A stretch of 51,008 bases of DNA from Acetobacteraceae bacterium (GCA_025352995.1 JANXRN010000330.1:1-51008), one strand, 5' to 3'; shown: positions 28,396 to 38,098, counted from the stretch's first letter. The notes: generated from the letters alone by a model not told the origin. Numbers and translations are program-made.

Positions 28396-29538
28396 TTAGT
28401 ATACCACGATAGACGAGAGACGGACGACGCCGACCGCGGTAGGTCGGATGTCCGCGCCCCCGCCGTTCAGTGAAATCCCGGTGACATTGGTGACTGCTGC
28501 CGAAGCGGCGAAGGCAAGTTGCGTGATCCGGGCAAAGGGAAGCGCTGCCCCAATTGGCAATCCGCTGACATAGGAGGAAATCGCGTTCCTGACCGCGGTC
28601 ACCGCTGCGCCATGGGGAGTCGATCCGTCAGTTGTCACACCTAACACGATTGCGGCATTCATCACGGTTGGTGAAATAACCGCAAAAATTGTGCCTACTG
28701 GGCGAACCGCCTCGATCGCCGCTGCAACCCGAGTGAGCAGAGAAGGTAACGGGCTTCCGGTGCCATCATCCACGACCGCAAGGAAGCTGCCCGGTTGCGG
28801 CGAGCCATTCGCAGCGACATTTTCGGTCACGGTGAAATTGAGGCCGAGCTCAACACCTGCAATGGCTGCCTTGACGGCAGTGCTGGTCGCGCGGGAAAGA
28901 CTGGCAATATAGGCGATGAACCGTGTTCGAAACGCTGCATCAGATTCCGCATCGATCCCTCCGACCAGCGCTACCGCGTTTTCTACCGCATCGACCCCGG
29001 GCAGCGACGTCGCGACAAGCGAGACCGTCCCAGCCTGGACATTGCCCAATTTTCCCGCAATGGCGGCGCGAACCGGAACAGTTGCGGATGTCATGCCAAC
29101 GGAGATCAAGTAGCCATTTTGGCCGGTCGCCCAGTTGGGGTGGGATGGATCCGCCTGAACCAGGAATGCCTGGCTGGCATCGGCGGTGCGGAGTGGCATA
29201 CCGACCGGAATGAATGCCGAACCCACGCTTGTGAAACGAGAGAAGGTGACGCCGCCACCCGCGGCCGTCGCGGGGAGCCGAGTGAACGCATAATCCGCCA
29301 TCCAGCTATCGAGATCCGCCGCAGCACTCGTCGCCGCTCGCGTCATTCGTAGCACCTGCAGGATCAGCCACTGCAACCAAAGCGCAATCGATGCATTCGC
29401 CTCAAGGATCGCGCGAAGGGTTGACCCTACTGTCAAATCGACGAGTTGCGCGGCCGCGCCCTGCACGGCGGCTGCGGCATTGTTAACCAGGGTCGAAAAT
29501 GTTTGAAGTTGAAGCTGCATGACGTTAATTGCTCCCAA
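28396..29538 (-). CDS. Baseplate J-like protein (P2 gpJ or Mu gp47 family)
   Basis: Size and position after the gpW-like gene, plus general Baseplate_J sequence character. Confidence 0.8.
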   Translation of the reverse strand: MGAINVMQLQLQTFSTLVNNAAAAVQGAAAQLVDLTVGSTLRAILEANASIALWLQWLILQVLRMTRAATSAAADLDSWMADYAFTRLPATAAGGGVTFSRFTSVGSAFIPVGMPLRTADASQAFLVQADPSHPNWATGQNGYLISVGMTSATVPVRAAIAGKLGNVQAGTVSLVATSLPGVDAVENAVALVGGIDAESDAAFRTRFIAYIASLSRATSTAVKAAIAGVELGLNFTVTENVAANGSPQPGSFLAVVDDGTGSPLPSLLTRVAAAIEAVRPVGTIFAVISPTVMNAAIVLGVTTDGSTPHGAAVTAVRNAISSYVSGLPIGAALPFARITQLAFAASAAVTNVTGISLNGGGADIRPTAVGVVRLSSIVVY

Positions 29539-29896
29539 CCGGGAATGAAAGAAGTCTGGTCGTTCCAGTCTCGGCGTCGGCGTAGCGAATTTGTACTGTC
29601 ACGACGCCAGTTTGGTCGGCACGAACGTCAATTGCTGGCTCTGGCGTGCGCGCTACCGCCGCTTCGCCAAATATTTGTCCACGAATTAATCCTTGAATTC
29701 GCTGCGAAGCGCTTGGCTGCCCAACAAGGCTACCGAGGCCCGCGCCGTAGGTCAGCTGCCATACATAGTCACCAGCATTGGTCAACAACCGGCGCAGGAG
29801 ACGCTGTTGGGTCGCTGTCGGCCCGGTGGCGACCACCAGGTCTCCCGTTGGACCAACCGCCAGGTCGCCACCAAAATGATGCCAAACATCGGCCAT
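29525..29896 (-). CDS. Baseplate wedge protein, GPW/gp25-like
   Basis: 123 aa, lying between the gpV-like and gpJ-like genes. Sequence QQRLLRRLLTNAGDYVWQLTYGAGL. Confidence 0.7.
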   Translation of the reverse strand: MADVWHHFGGDLAVGPTGDLVVATGPTATQQRLLRRLLTNAGDYVWQLTYGAGLGSLVGQPSASQRIQGLIRGQIFGEAAVARTPEPAIDVRADQTGVVTVQIRYADAETGTTRLLSFPVGSN

Positions 29897-29899
29897 ATG

Positions 29900-30406
29900 C
29901 TAATCCTGAGGTATGGGTTGAGTAGCCGCTGCACCCGGATGGATGTGTTGATTATAGTGACGGCGGAGCTGCGACAACGAACCGTGACTGTCGATGATGT
30001 CACCGGTGACCTGCAAATCACCTTCCAGACGCACGGTGCCGTCGTTGGCGAATGTAAGACTTGAGCCAGAGGCATGGACGATCCGCAACTCGCCAGGAAG
30101 CGCAGACGGCGGTCGATTTTTCGCCGAATAGCTGCAAGCAATGACCACACCATGCTCGGCGTCGCCCTCTTGGGGGACAACAAAAACCTGATCACCAGGG
30201 CTGGGCAGCGCGACAAAGCCCCAACCCGCGCCAACCCAAGGCGATAGAATTGGCAACCATCCCGTCAATACGCCTTCAGGTTGCAATACGACCCGCACAG
30301 CGTAGCTTGACGGATCAACGCTGGTAACAATCGCGAAGCGCGGTTGGCCTTGGCTACGATCGAGCGCCGCAGCCTGTCCTTTCATGACGTTGAGAAGCCG
30401 GTCCAT
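29900..30406 (-). CDS. Baseplate assembly/spike protein (P2 gpV or Mu gp45-like)
   Basis: OB-fold-like N-terminus (FAIVTSVDP..YAVRV) and a C-terminal HYNQHIH His-rich apex motif. Confidence 0.75.
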   Translation of the reverse strand: MDRLLNVMKGQAAALDRSQGQPRFAIVTSVDPSSYAVRVVLQPEGVLTGWLPILSPWVGAGWGFVALPSPGDQVFVVPQEGDAEHGVVIACSYSAKNRPPSALPGELRIVHASGSSLTFANDGTVRLEGDLQVTGDIIDSHGSLSQLRRHYNQHIHPGAAATQPIPQD

Positions 30407-31512
30407 GGTGTTCCGATCCTATCTGCGGGCGAGGTTGCCTGGGACGTAACGTTGGAATTGCTGGCCCGGACGCGCTGGGTGAACCCGCCATTAAAATCGA
30501 GGCGACGATCAATCTCGTCGATCCAATAAATCTGATCGAACTCCGTTCCGGTGCCAGCCAATTTAGCTTGCATGCGTGGGCGGAGTTGGATGTCGCCCGG
30601 CATTTCGATGGTGATCGTCCGTTCCCTCTGTGTAAGCTCAGCGAGCTTTTGCTGTGCCAGCTTCAGAGCTGCATCCGGACTTAAATTTGGCACCACAAAC
30701 ACATAGCGCCGAGGCGGGCGCCTTGGTGCATCATCCCTCGGTCGGCTCCGAGCGGTTTGTATAAACGCAGCCTGTTGTCGAGAGTTCCAACTTTTAACCT
30801 CAACCTGAATGTCGCGAGCCAATGTAAGGCTGCGTTGAAGCCGGGCTCCTATTACATTTGGTAAACCCGCTCTGCTTCCCGACACCTGCAAAATTGCCGG
30901 GACTTCGTTATTGCCCCGGGTTGGACGAAAATGCAAAATTGTCCCGCTGACCCAGACATCATAGCCTTCATGTTGCGCCAGGGTGACGAGAAGATCCCAT
31001 TCGGTGGTGGTGGAAGAAAACTGATCCAATGTCACTCGATCATGCTCGAGCTGCCAATAGCGTCCAACGAGAGTTGAAGTCGGGACTACGTCTGGCACCA
31101 GATTATGCCGCCGAGCCAGAATTTCCGCAATTTCGCTTGATGTTTGGTTAACAAAAGCCTCGTGTGTGCGGGCTTCGATCAGGGACGCGGTGAGATCACG
31201 CCCGGACAAATAGAGCTTACCGGCGATCGGGTCATAGTCGAGAACATCCACCGCGCCTTGCACGATGCTGGTCCACTTGATACCCGCATTCAGCGAGAAT
31301 TGAACGTCCACAAAACAATTCGCCGTCGAACACCAAGCCGCCGCTGATACGGGGTCTATGGCCAAGGTTAGGCGGAAGCGATCGGCCGCATAGTGATTGT
31401 TGGAATTGACATCGGCAGAAACAATGTGTGTCGCGATGACACCATTGGCCAAGGCCCTAATCCGGGGCCGGCGATATGCCTGAAGCGGAAGGTCACTGAG
31501 GAGCAATGCCAC
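30382..31512 (-). CDS. Tail protein D-like (P2 gpD or Mu P family, hub/late control D)
   Basis: 376 aa, positioned after the gpX-like gene and before the gpV-like gene. Confidence 0.75.
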   Translation of the reverse strand: MALLLSDLPLQAYRRPRIRALANGVIATHIVSADVNSNNHYAADRFRLTLAIDPVSAAAWCSTANCFVDVQFSLNAGIKWTSIVQGAVDVLDYDPIAGKLYLSGRDLTASLIEARTHEAFVNQTSSEIAEILARRHNLVPDVVPTSTLVGRYWQLEHDRVTLDQFSSTTTEWDLLVTLAQHEGYDVWVSGTILHFRPTRGNNEVPAILQVSGSRAGLPNVIGARLQRSLTLARDIQVEVKSWNSRQQAAFIQTARSRPRDDAPRRPPRRYVFVVPNLSPDAALKLAQQKLAELTQRERTITIEMPGDIQLRPRMQAKLAGTGTEFDQIYWIDEIDRRLDFNGGFTQRVRASNSNVTSQATSPADRIGTPWTGFSTS

Positions 31513-31678
31513 CTCCCGCTGCTGGATCTCTATCAGGCAACCACAAGCTGACGACGCCGACGATTATCGGGTCAGTGAGATTGTTGGCCTGGGCGATTCT
31601 TATCCATTGAGTGGCATCGTCAAGCTGCTCGGCTGCGAGGCGGAACATATTGCCGCCCACCACTGTAATGTTTCGCAT
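31493..31678 (-). CDS. Tail protein X-like (LysM-like)
   Basis: 61 aa starting at ATG 31678: MRNITVVGGNMFRLAAEQLDDATQWIRIAQANNL.DP. Confidence 0.6.
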   Translation of the reverse strand: MRNITVVGGNMFRLAAEQLDDATQWIRIAQANNLTDPIIVGVVSLWLPDRDPAAGGGIAPQ

Positions 31679-31723
31679 GACGCATCCATGTGTGATGATA
31701 TGTTCGAACAAAGGTGGGGCAAT

Positions 31724-32434
31724 TTACCGCGAGAAACCCTCGGTGTTAACTTGGGCACGTTGAATGTATCCCCGCGCAGAGGAAAGCCTTGCCAATTCCT
31801 CTGCCGCATTGGTGCGATTGATGATATCGTCGCCCGATGCCATTGGTGAGCCATTCAGCGCAGAGTACTGCGCCGAAATTCTGGTTTCAATTGAAGAATT
31901 GGCATCCGCCAGGCTTGCCCGTGCGCGCAGATTCGCCGCAGTGCCAAATGTGGAGGCGCCTGCCGCCGAAACTGCGGTCATTGCGGCATCGAGTTGGACA
32001 GTTGAGCCGACGGCATTGGCCCCCGCCAAGTCCGTCAGCACTGCCTCGGCAGCCGAGAGCGCAGTTTCCAAAATGCCCTCAACCTCGTCCCTGGCAACAG
32101 TACAGCTGAGGCGATATGGCAACCAATTGTCCTTGCGATAGTCGATCTCAAAGCTCCGAATGACGACAGAGTAAAAGAAGCTTGCCCAGGTTAGCGGCCA
32201 CGGTCGCCCGCCCGCGCGCATCAGGTCAATCAACCGTGCTCTAAGGGCCGCGTCGGCACCGGTGAACACGCCGGTCCAGGTAATATCAGCGTCATCCCGG
32301 CCAAGACTGTCGAGAACCCGGCGCCCACCTGGAAGCTTGTGCACAATCAATCGCTGGCCGCCACCCCAGGAGATATGGTCAGGCATCTCAAAGCCTTGCA
32401 GAAGGACGGGACCTATTAATAGATAGTCTGACAT
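31724..32434 (-). CDS. gpU / DNA-circulation N-terminal-like tail protein with an Ala-rich helical C-terminal extension
   Basis: The ATG at 32434 follows GGGAGG. The pattern GGRRVLDSLGRDDADITWTGVF..GGRPWPLTW..YSVVIRSFEIDY resembles P2 gpU. Confidence 0.55.
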   Translation of the reverse strand: MSDYLLIGPVLLQGFEMPDHISWGGGQRLIVHKLPGGRRVLDSLGRDDADITWTGVFTGADAALRARLIDLMRAGGRPWPLTWASFFYSVVIRSFEIDYRKDNWLPYRLSCTVARDEVEGILETALSAAEAVLTDLAGANAVGSTVQLDAAMTAVSAAGASTFGTAANLRARASLADANSSIETRISAQYSALNGSPMASGDDIINRTNAAEELARLSSARGYIQRAQVNTEGFSR

Positions 32435-32542
32435 CGCAGACCTAGCCTCCCATTTTGGCAGCACTGTATTCGGTGCTGGCGGTCTTCAAACGATCAATAA
32501 TGCGCACGCCCCTGCCAGGCCCGACTGACCGCCATACCCGGC

Positions 32543-33460
32543 TTAAGCCCATGCGCGCGCCTGGCGTGGATCAAAGGCTACGCCACCAACCGGTGCGCGG
32601 TCGGCCTCTTGACCCAAATGATCGATGACCCAACGGCCTAACAAGCTGCCATCCAGCATGAGTTGCCCTTCGGCGCCATCTGCATCCGCCATAGGTGCGG
32701 TGGACATCGCATCCGGGGCAGCCCCGCCCGCTGGGGCCACATCCGACGCAGACCCGACGGGCCCAGCAAGCACGGTGTCCTTGGGGGCGACACTTTCAGA
32801 CTGCGGCACAATCATCGGAGCGAAGGGCGCCGACGCCAAAGCAGAATTGGAACTCGTCTCGGGGGGAGAAATCGAAGAGATGGCTGGGCCAATCATATCA
32901 GCCAATATGGGCGCGACAGCTAGGGGCCAAGGCACACCGAATTCACCATTCTGCGGTCGCTGCAACGGCACGATTTGTGGCGTGTTAGAAACAGCGGTTT
33001 GCTGGTAAACAGCGCGAGAATCATTTGGATCGCTATTGGTAAGTGGAGGCAACATGTCCGGCGCGATTGGCCACCCGGGCAACGCCGACGTCAGAACGGA
33101 CAGGGGCACATCGGGCGCACGAAGCGACGGCGCAAGCAAGTCACGCGGAGCCGGCGCTACCGGGAGCGAAACTGCGACCGTCGGAACGAAAATAGGTTCG
33201 AGCCGTGACGTTGGCTGTGCTTCTGGGTTAGAGGGCAACTCCTGCGGAAGTTCAATTTGGGGTCCAGAGACGGCAGATACAGGCTCCTGCAAGATAGGGC
33301 TACGTGGAAGATCGCCGTTGGATGGCAGTCCCTCCCAGTTAGCCGCAGTCGCCGCAATGGCCTGATCAGCGGCAGCCAACTGGTCTGTGATGCCTGCAAG
33401 CGCTACTGACACACCGTCTTCAACCAGAAGGTGAACACCAACTTTATACTCATCGTCCAT
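32543..33460 (-). CDS. Short proline-rich tape-measure-like protein (305 aa)
   Basis: Occupies the tape-measure slot. Its start overlaps the upstream stop (TAATG). The C-terminus GQLMLDGSLLGRWVIDHLGQEADRAPVGGVAFDPRQ resembles tape-measure C-termini, while the middle ~200 aa are Pro/Ser/Ala-rich low complexity. Confidence 0.45.
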   Translation of the reverse strand: MDDEYKVGVHLLVEDGVSVALAGITDQLAAADQAIAATAANWEGLPSNGDLPRSPILQEPVSAVSGPQIELPQELPSNPEAQPTSRLEPIFVPTVAVSLPVAPAPRDLLAPSLRAPDVPLSVLTSALPGWPIAPDMLPPLTNSDPNDSRAVYQQTAVSNTPQIVPLQRPQNGEFGVPWPLAVAPILADMIGPAISSISPPETSSNSALASAPFAPMIVPQSESVAPKDTVLAGPVGSASDVAPAGGAAPDAMSTAPMADADGAEGQLMLDGSLLGRWVIDHLGQEADRAPVGGVAFDPRQARAWA

Positions 33461-33801
33461 TAACGCTTCCTTGCTAGCTGGTAAGCAACGATTTGGGAGA
33501 TTGCACCGCGGGCGGCTTGGGTGAATGGCCCTCGCCGGGCTTGAAGGGCAGGGCGCAAAAATGGCGCCGGCGGTTGTCCTGGTGCACCAAGTTCTTCCGC
33601 AAATACACTTTTTCCGAACGCGCAAATATCGGCCGATGTGCCCGAAGCGCTTGGTGCAATTGTATCGACAAAGCCATGCCTGCGTAACCACGTAAAGCGA
33701 TCGGAATCCCCCGCCGAGTGAAAGAGATTTTCCCTGGCGGTTTGGGCGAGTTGTTCGGCCTTGTGCTGCAGAACGGGCTGCATAAGCTCTGCCAAATCCA
33801 T
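33460..33801 (-). CDS. HK97 gp10-like tail component (113 aa)
   Basis: The ATG at 33801 follows GGAGGG. The segment FAEELGAPGQPPAPFLRPAL matches the EfGT...a.PFlrPA signature. Confidence 0.45.
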   Translation of the reverse strand: MDLAELMQPVLQHKAEQLAQTARENLFHSAGDSDRFTWLRRHGFVDTIAPSASGTSADICAFGKSVFAEELGAPGQPPAPFLRPALQARRGPFTQAARGAISQIVAYQLARKR

Positions 33802-33905
33802 TGTGGCCCTCCGTTTCGACTGAGTGATTATGGAAACAGCGGCAAGTGACACAGGATCGGTACGGTTACCCGCCGACCCGTTGCTCTGCGCAACCAGACA
33901 ATGCA

Positions 33906-34082
33906 TTAACTTTCGACCCATTTCGTGTTCGCCCAGTCGAAAACCCTACCTTTGAGGGTGCCGACTGCTACAACCCATGCCAGCCTTGAGGTCGGCGAAA
34001 GCGAGAACGCAACGTCAAAGGGCACCCCGTTCATGCAGAGAAAGAGCGGGTCGAGGAGATCGGGGTGCCTACTCAGTTTCCC
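33906..34082 (-). other. Predicted -1 programmed ribosomal frameshift site plus the extension frame of the tail assembly chaperone
   Basis: Slippery heptamer G GGA AAC (34082-34076) lies immediately before the TGA stop (34075-34073). By hand translation the -1 frame stays open for 56 codons to a TAA at 33908-33906, inside an otherwise unassigned gap. Confidence 0.5.
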
Positions 34083-34402
34083 GCCGTGACCAGATCGGCG
34101 GCAGGTTCAGGTGCGAGCGCCCGGGCAAGCGCTGTTTGCCCAATGTCGCCGAGGCGTTGAACCATCGCCTCGATCGTCGATTTGCTGTTCGGGAATGGAT
34201 AGGGAACCCCGTCGATCGCAGTTGCCGAGCAGGCCAGTAACGCCACGCCGAGCCACCGATCATTGCGTGAAAGGTCGGGCCCTGCGGCTTCGAAGACGCG
34301 AAGCCGATCCAGCGGGCCCAATCGACGCACGGACAGAATGCGCCCGAGCTGATCAGTAACCGTGGTCAGGCTATTTTGATGTGCGCTTGCGTGGATTTCC
34401 AT
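34073..34402 (-). CDS. Tail assembly chaperone (gpE/gpG-like), 0-frame product
   Basis: The ATG at 34402 follows GGAGAA. Its position directly after the tube gene and the frameshift signal at its end support the call. Confidence 0.55.
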   Translation of the reverse strand: MEIHASAHQNSLTTVTDQLGRILSVRRLGPLDRLRVFEAAGPDLSRNDRWLGVALLACSATAIDGVPYPFPNSKSTIEAMVQRLGDIGQTALARALAPEPAADLVTAGN

Positions 34403-34415
34403 TTGGGTTCTCCGT

Positions 34416-34844
34416 TCAAATTCGCTTGCGGGAGCTTGCAAAGAATTCCAATCGTTGCTTCACACTCTGGTCGCCCCGCCATGTGCCAGCCTGGCTAAGC
34501 TTGAAAACTGCGCCATCATACTGATACGTGCTGGTGGATCCATCGGTTTCGCTGACATACTGATAGAGCGATCCGACCGGAATGGCACCTCCTGCGTAAT
34601 ATGTTTGTTCCATTTTAGCAATTAAATCATCAACTGCTGACGATCCGCGTTCAATCTCGAAGTATCCCTCCCATCCCTTGGGAAGTTCGGCGCCGAGCTG
34701 CGTACCGTCGATGCGGTCAATTCGAACAGCAGCTGTGCGTTGTCGACTGTCGAACCCCGTCACGTGGGTCAGATCGAGACGACCGAAGGGACCCATGACC
34801 ACGAGTTGGCAATCGCGTCCGACTGAAAATGCATTTATCGACAT
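34416..34844 (-). CDS. Contractile tail tube protein
   Basis: 142 aa, immediately downstream of the sheath gene. Confidence 0.75.
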   Translation of the reverse strand: MSINAFSVGRDCQLVVMGPFGRLDLTHVTGFDSRQRTAAVRIDRIDGTQLGAELPKGWEGYFEIERGSSAVDDLIAKMEQTYYAGGAIPVGSLYQYVSETDGSTSTYQYDGAVFKLSQAGTWRGDQSVKQRLEFFASSRKRI

Positions 34845-34856
34845 GATAAGGGCTCC

Positions 34857-36428
34857 TTATGCCGCCAGCGCGCCGGGTGTGGTGGGCAAAATCTGCCGCT
34901 GCACCTGAACAGTTTGGCCGCCTTCGAGATTGACAATGAATTTCTCGTTGATCGCTTGATATTGAACTTGCGCGTCGGATTGCACATAGCCCAGACCGGT
35001 GCGGGCGAGCGGGTTGTTGCTCGCGTCACACACCACACTGAATGGCACTGCACCGTCAGTGCTGCCAAGCAAGCCCTGGCTTAACATGCCCTGAAGGAAA
35101 CTCAACTGAGTGGCACGAATTCGGCGGAACAGGCTGGCGTTCACAACCTGCCCGACATATTGACCCATGCCCGATGCCAGGGTTGCTGCGATGTAGTTGG
35201 TTAGCCTGGTGTAGTTGTCGCCGTTGGTGGCGGCGTTGCTGCTGGCGTTGTGCCCGCCGCGCACGCCCCAGAAATTCCCGCCTGGTTGCGGGTTGGCGAT
35301 CATGTCGATACCTGCGCTGAGCAATGTGGACAGCTCAGCTGTCGAATAGGTTGCCAACTGGCCACTACCCGGACTACCCGACTTCTGGGTCCCGGCGACC
35401 CCGTAAAGCGGCTTATTCAAGCTTGATTGTTCGGGTGACAGATTGGCTAAGCGCCCAACCACAAAACCTTGCGGACTCACCAGACGAACAGTCTGATTGG
35501 CAAGATCAATCCACCAAACCCAATCGCCAAACATGAGCTTGACGGCATAAGTGTCCAATCCCCAGGACTGCTTAGCGAAAACAGCACTGCCAATATTATC
35601 ACCGGCAGCTGTCGTCAGGATCATGTAGATGCCTTCGGACAATCCAAACTCTGCTTGAGTGCCCCAGTGAGCTGCCTCGTCGCCATCGGCAAGCATGGCG
35701 AGACTGCAGGACTGCCCGCGCAGCGCATACATTCCAGTTCTCGGCAATGTATCGCTGCCCACCAGCGTCGCCGCGCTGATTGCTGTCGCACCATCTGTGC
35801 CGGGCACGCCGTAGCTGAAACTCCAGGAAAACGCAACGGGATCGGCAACGGTTGCGCCGGCGTTCATGATGATGATTTGGCTTGGGCCACGCTGCGGACC
35901 GAGGCCATGGTTGACCGCAGTTGCAAGCGCTGCCCAGAAAGCCACGCCGTTACCAGAAATATTATCGAACACTTCCGGCTGAAGCCCCGGCAGCGATACA
36001 GTCAGGCGCCAACTCGTGGCCCGCGATCCGGTGCTGAGGGCAACGTTGATCCGGTTGCCAAGCGAGCCTGTGTGAAGGGCGGTAAATAGGGTCGTCGTAT
36101 TGGGCAATTGGAACGCCGCAGCAGTATCGGTCCCATCTGTCACACGAACACAACGAAAATTCCAGGCGCCCTGCTGTACGGCAATTGCAACCGGCGTGCC
36201 CAAATCATACTTGCGGGCCATGATCGGGCCGAAGGTGTGGGCATAGTCAGACATGGTGCCGATCACGACCGGCGATCCAACCGGCCCCCAGGAAGCCGTT
36301 CCCACAACCCCCACGATATTGGTCGGAACCCCGTTGAGAATAAGGTTTTGCGGCGGAACGATCTGAACATAAAGATCCGGGACCACCAGCGCGGTTGTGT
36401 TGATGTTACCTTGCTGCACGATCGGCAT
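34857..36428 (-). CDS. Contractile tail sheath protein
   Basis: 523 aa. The N-terminus PDLYVQIVPPQ..VPTNIVGVVGTASWGP is typical of sheath proteins. Confidence 0.88.
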   Translation of the reverse strand: MPIVQQGNINTTALVVPDLYVQIVPPQNLILNGVPTNIVGVVGTASWGPVGSPVVIGTMSDYAHTFGPIMARKYDLGTPVAIAVQQGAWNFRCVRVTDGTDTAAAFQLPNTTTLFTALHTGSLGNRINVALSTGSRATSWRLTVSLPGLQPEVFDNISGNGVAFWAALATAVNHGLGPQRGPSQIIIMNAGATVADPVAFSWSFSYGVPGTDGATAISAATLVGSDTLPRTGMYALRGQSCSLAMLADGDEAAHWGTQAEFGLSEGIYMILTTAAGDNIGSAVFAKQSWGLDTYAVKLMFGDWVWWIDLANQTVRLVSPQGFVVGRLANLSPEQSSLNKPLYGVAGTQKSGSPGSGQLATYSTAELSTLLSAGIDMIANPQPGGNFWGVRGGHNASSNAATNGDNYTRLTNYIAATLASGMGQYVGQVVNASLFRRIRATQLSFLQGMLSQGLLGSTDGAVPFSVVCDASNNPLARTGLGYVQSDAQVQYQAINEKFIVNLEGGQTVQVQRQILPTTPGALAA

Positions 36429-36431
36429 GAC

Positions 36432-36581
36432 CTAACCCCCCTGTTGCGGAATGATGGAAACCCGAACTACGAACCTGCGATCCTCGGACGCAAGCAACTG
36501 CTCGATAGCTCCGGGATCTGTAATGACTTCACCCTTTGCATATGTCGCGAACGCGGCGACGACCACGAGATAGATGTTCAT
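36432..36581 (-). CDS. Small phage hypothetical protein (49 aa)
   Basis: The ATG at 36581 follows GGAGAA and lies just after the upstream stop at 36598. Confidence 0.35.
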   Translation of the reverse strand: MNIYLVVVAAFATYAKGEVITDPGAIEQLLASEDRRFVVRVSIIPQQGG

Positions 36582-36597
36582 ACGTAATATTTCTCCG

Positions 36598-37428
36598 TCA
36601 GGCCAACAGGGTTTGTACTGAGCCGGCATCGGCCGGGGTGAAGTTGAGATTGCCAAATATCATTGTCGGAAGCATCTCGGTAATTGTTGTTGGGTATTCG
36701 ATATCAAATATGATGTCCCGGCGATATAGATTTGCATTCAGACTCTGGTCGAAAACCTTGGTCGTCGCGCCGCGAATGAAGCCACTGGTGCGGTCGGGTA
36801 GGGCGAGCCAATTACTGTCGGACAGCCCCCGGTCGATCAAACCAGCGACTGTGTCACGCAACGCGGCGCTTGGGCACCAAATCGTGGCACGGAACCCCTG
36901 TCGTTGCCGACGGGTTTCGCGTTGAACGGTCTGATCTGCAACGACCCTGCCGATGACGGCGCGGGCGTTGGGGATTGTGATACTTGCACCAACAACACTG
37001 ACCAGCCTTCTGGTTCGGAGATAGGCCCCCAGGGTCGCCGCGACCAGTTCAAGCGTTTCCCCATCCTGAACGCGATGCACGACGGCCATATTGTCCACTA
37101 GAATGCCTGCCACCTGGCCGGCGCCGATCACCCCTGCAAAGGTGACCGTGGTGCCGGCAACGTCAACGATAAGGGTCGGGACATTGCGACTGACAAGTCT
37201 GGGCTCATCAGAATAGCGGGTTGTGTCTTGGTGACCGCTTCCATCTGGGAAGATCGTAATATTTATGACTTCGGCGGCAAGATCGGCGTTAAGGGCTGCC
37301 GTGGAGGGCCATCCTCGGAATATGCGGCATCGGCTGCCGATCAGACTTGGGGCGTCCGCCCCTTGGGGATAGAGGATTGCCGCAATGGCGGTTACCAGAG
37401 CAGCTTCAACATCGGATTGATCAGCCAT
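36598..37428 (-). CDS. Phage structural hypothetical protein (neck or tail completion region)
   Basis: Lies between the head genes and the sheath gene and is translationally coupled. Confidence 0.5.
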   Translation of the reverse strand: MADQSDVEAALVTAIAAILYPQGADAPSLIGSRCRIFRGWPSTAALNADLAAEVINITIFPDGSGHQDTTRYSDEPRLVSRNVPTLIVDVAGTTVTFAGVIGAGQVAGILVDNMAVVHRVQDGETLELVAATLGAYLRTRRLVSVVGASITIPNARAVIGRVVADQTVQRETRRQRQGFRATIWCPSAALRDTVAGLIDRGLSDSNWLALPDRTSGFIRGATTKVFDQSLNANLYRRDIIFDIEYPTTITEMLPTMIFGNLNFTPADAGSVQTLLA

Positions 37429-37429
37429 G

Positions 37430-38098
37430 TCAGGTTGCTATCTCCTTGGCAATTACGCGCCAGCCAAGGCTGCTGAGTTCAGCGGCTGTTACAATCGCGC
37501 TCCGCCCCTTCTCATCAGTGATGCGATCGTTCGTTCGCACAACCAGATCAGCTATATTCGGTAGCAATACCTCCCAATTTCCCGGCACGACCGATGCCGG
37601 CAGGTCCAGCGGGTTCAGTCCCGTCCCCATGGAATGAGAAACAGCGGCCGGCCAGCCCGTAAGGATTGAGATCGACGTCAGTGCCCCGCCACCTCCGTAG
37701 GCCGCCGCACCCGTGGTCGTTGAGATCCGCATGCGCGCAACCGATACCGTGGCCGACGTTTGCACACAGAGCGATGGTAGCAACGATTGTTGTGCTGCGA
37801 TAAACCAAACAGCTGCGTCGCCGTTACCGCGGCGTGACGGCTGACGAACGATATAGTCGCCCGGTCGCGTGTAGGCAGTATCGAACAGGCCCTGCCAGGT
37901 CACATGACCATAGCTCACAGGAGACTTGGTGCGCCCGTCCAGCGGCAAAAATGCCGCACGGAGCCGCAGAATATGGTTGCGTCCATCAATCGGATCAGTA
38001 TTACCCCGCGGGCGGTAAACATCGCACCAGTCCCCGATGGAACGTGCCGCGATGCCGTTGCCACGGCTAATACGATCATTTAGCAAATTGACCTGCAT
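37430..38098 (-). CDS. Phage structural hypothetical protein (head-tail joining region)
   Basis: ATG at 38098, 1 nt after the upstream TAA. Confidence 0.5.
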   Translation of the reverse strand: MQVNLLNDRISRGNGIAARSIGDWCDVYRPRGNTDPIDGRNHILRLRAAFLPLDGRTKSPVSYGHVTWQGLFDTAYTRPGDYIVRQPSRRGNGDAAVWFIAAQQSLLPSLCVQTSATVSVARMRISTTTGAAAYGGGGALTSISILTGWPAAVSHSMGTGLNPLDLPASVVPGNWEVLLPNIADLVVRTNDRITDEKGRSAIVTAAELSSLGWRVIAKEIAT

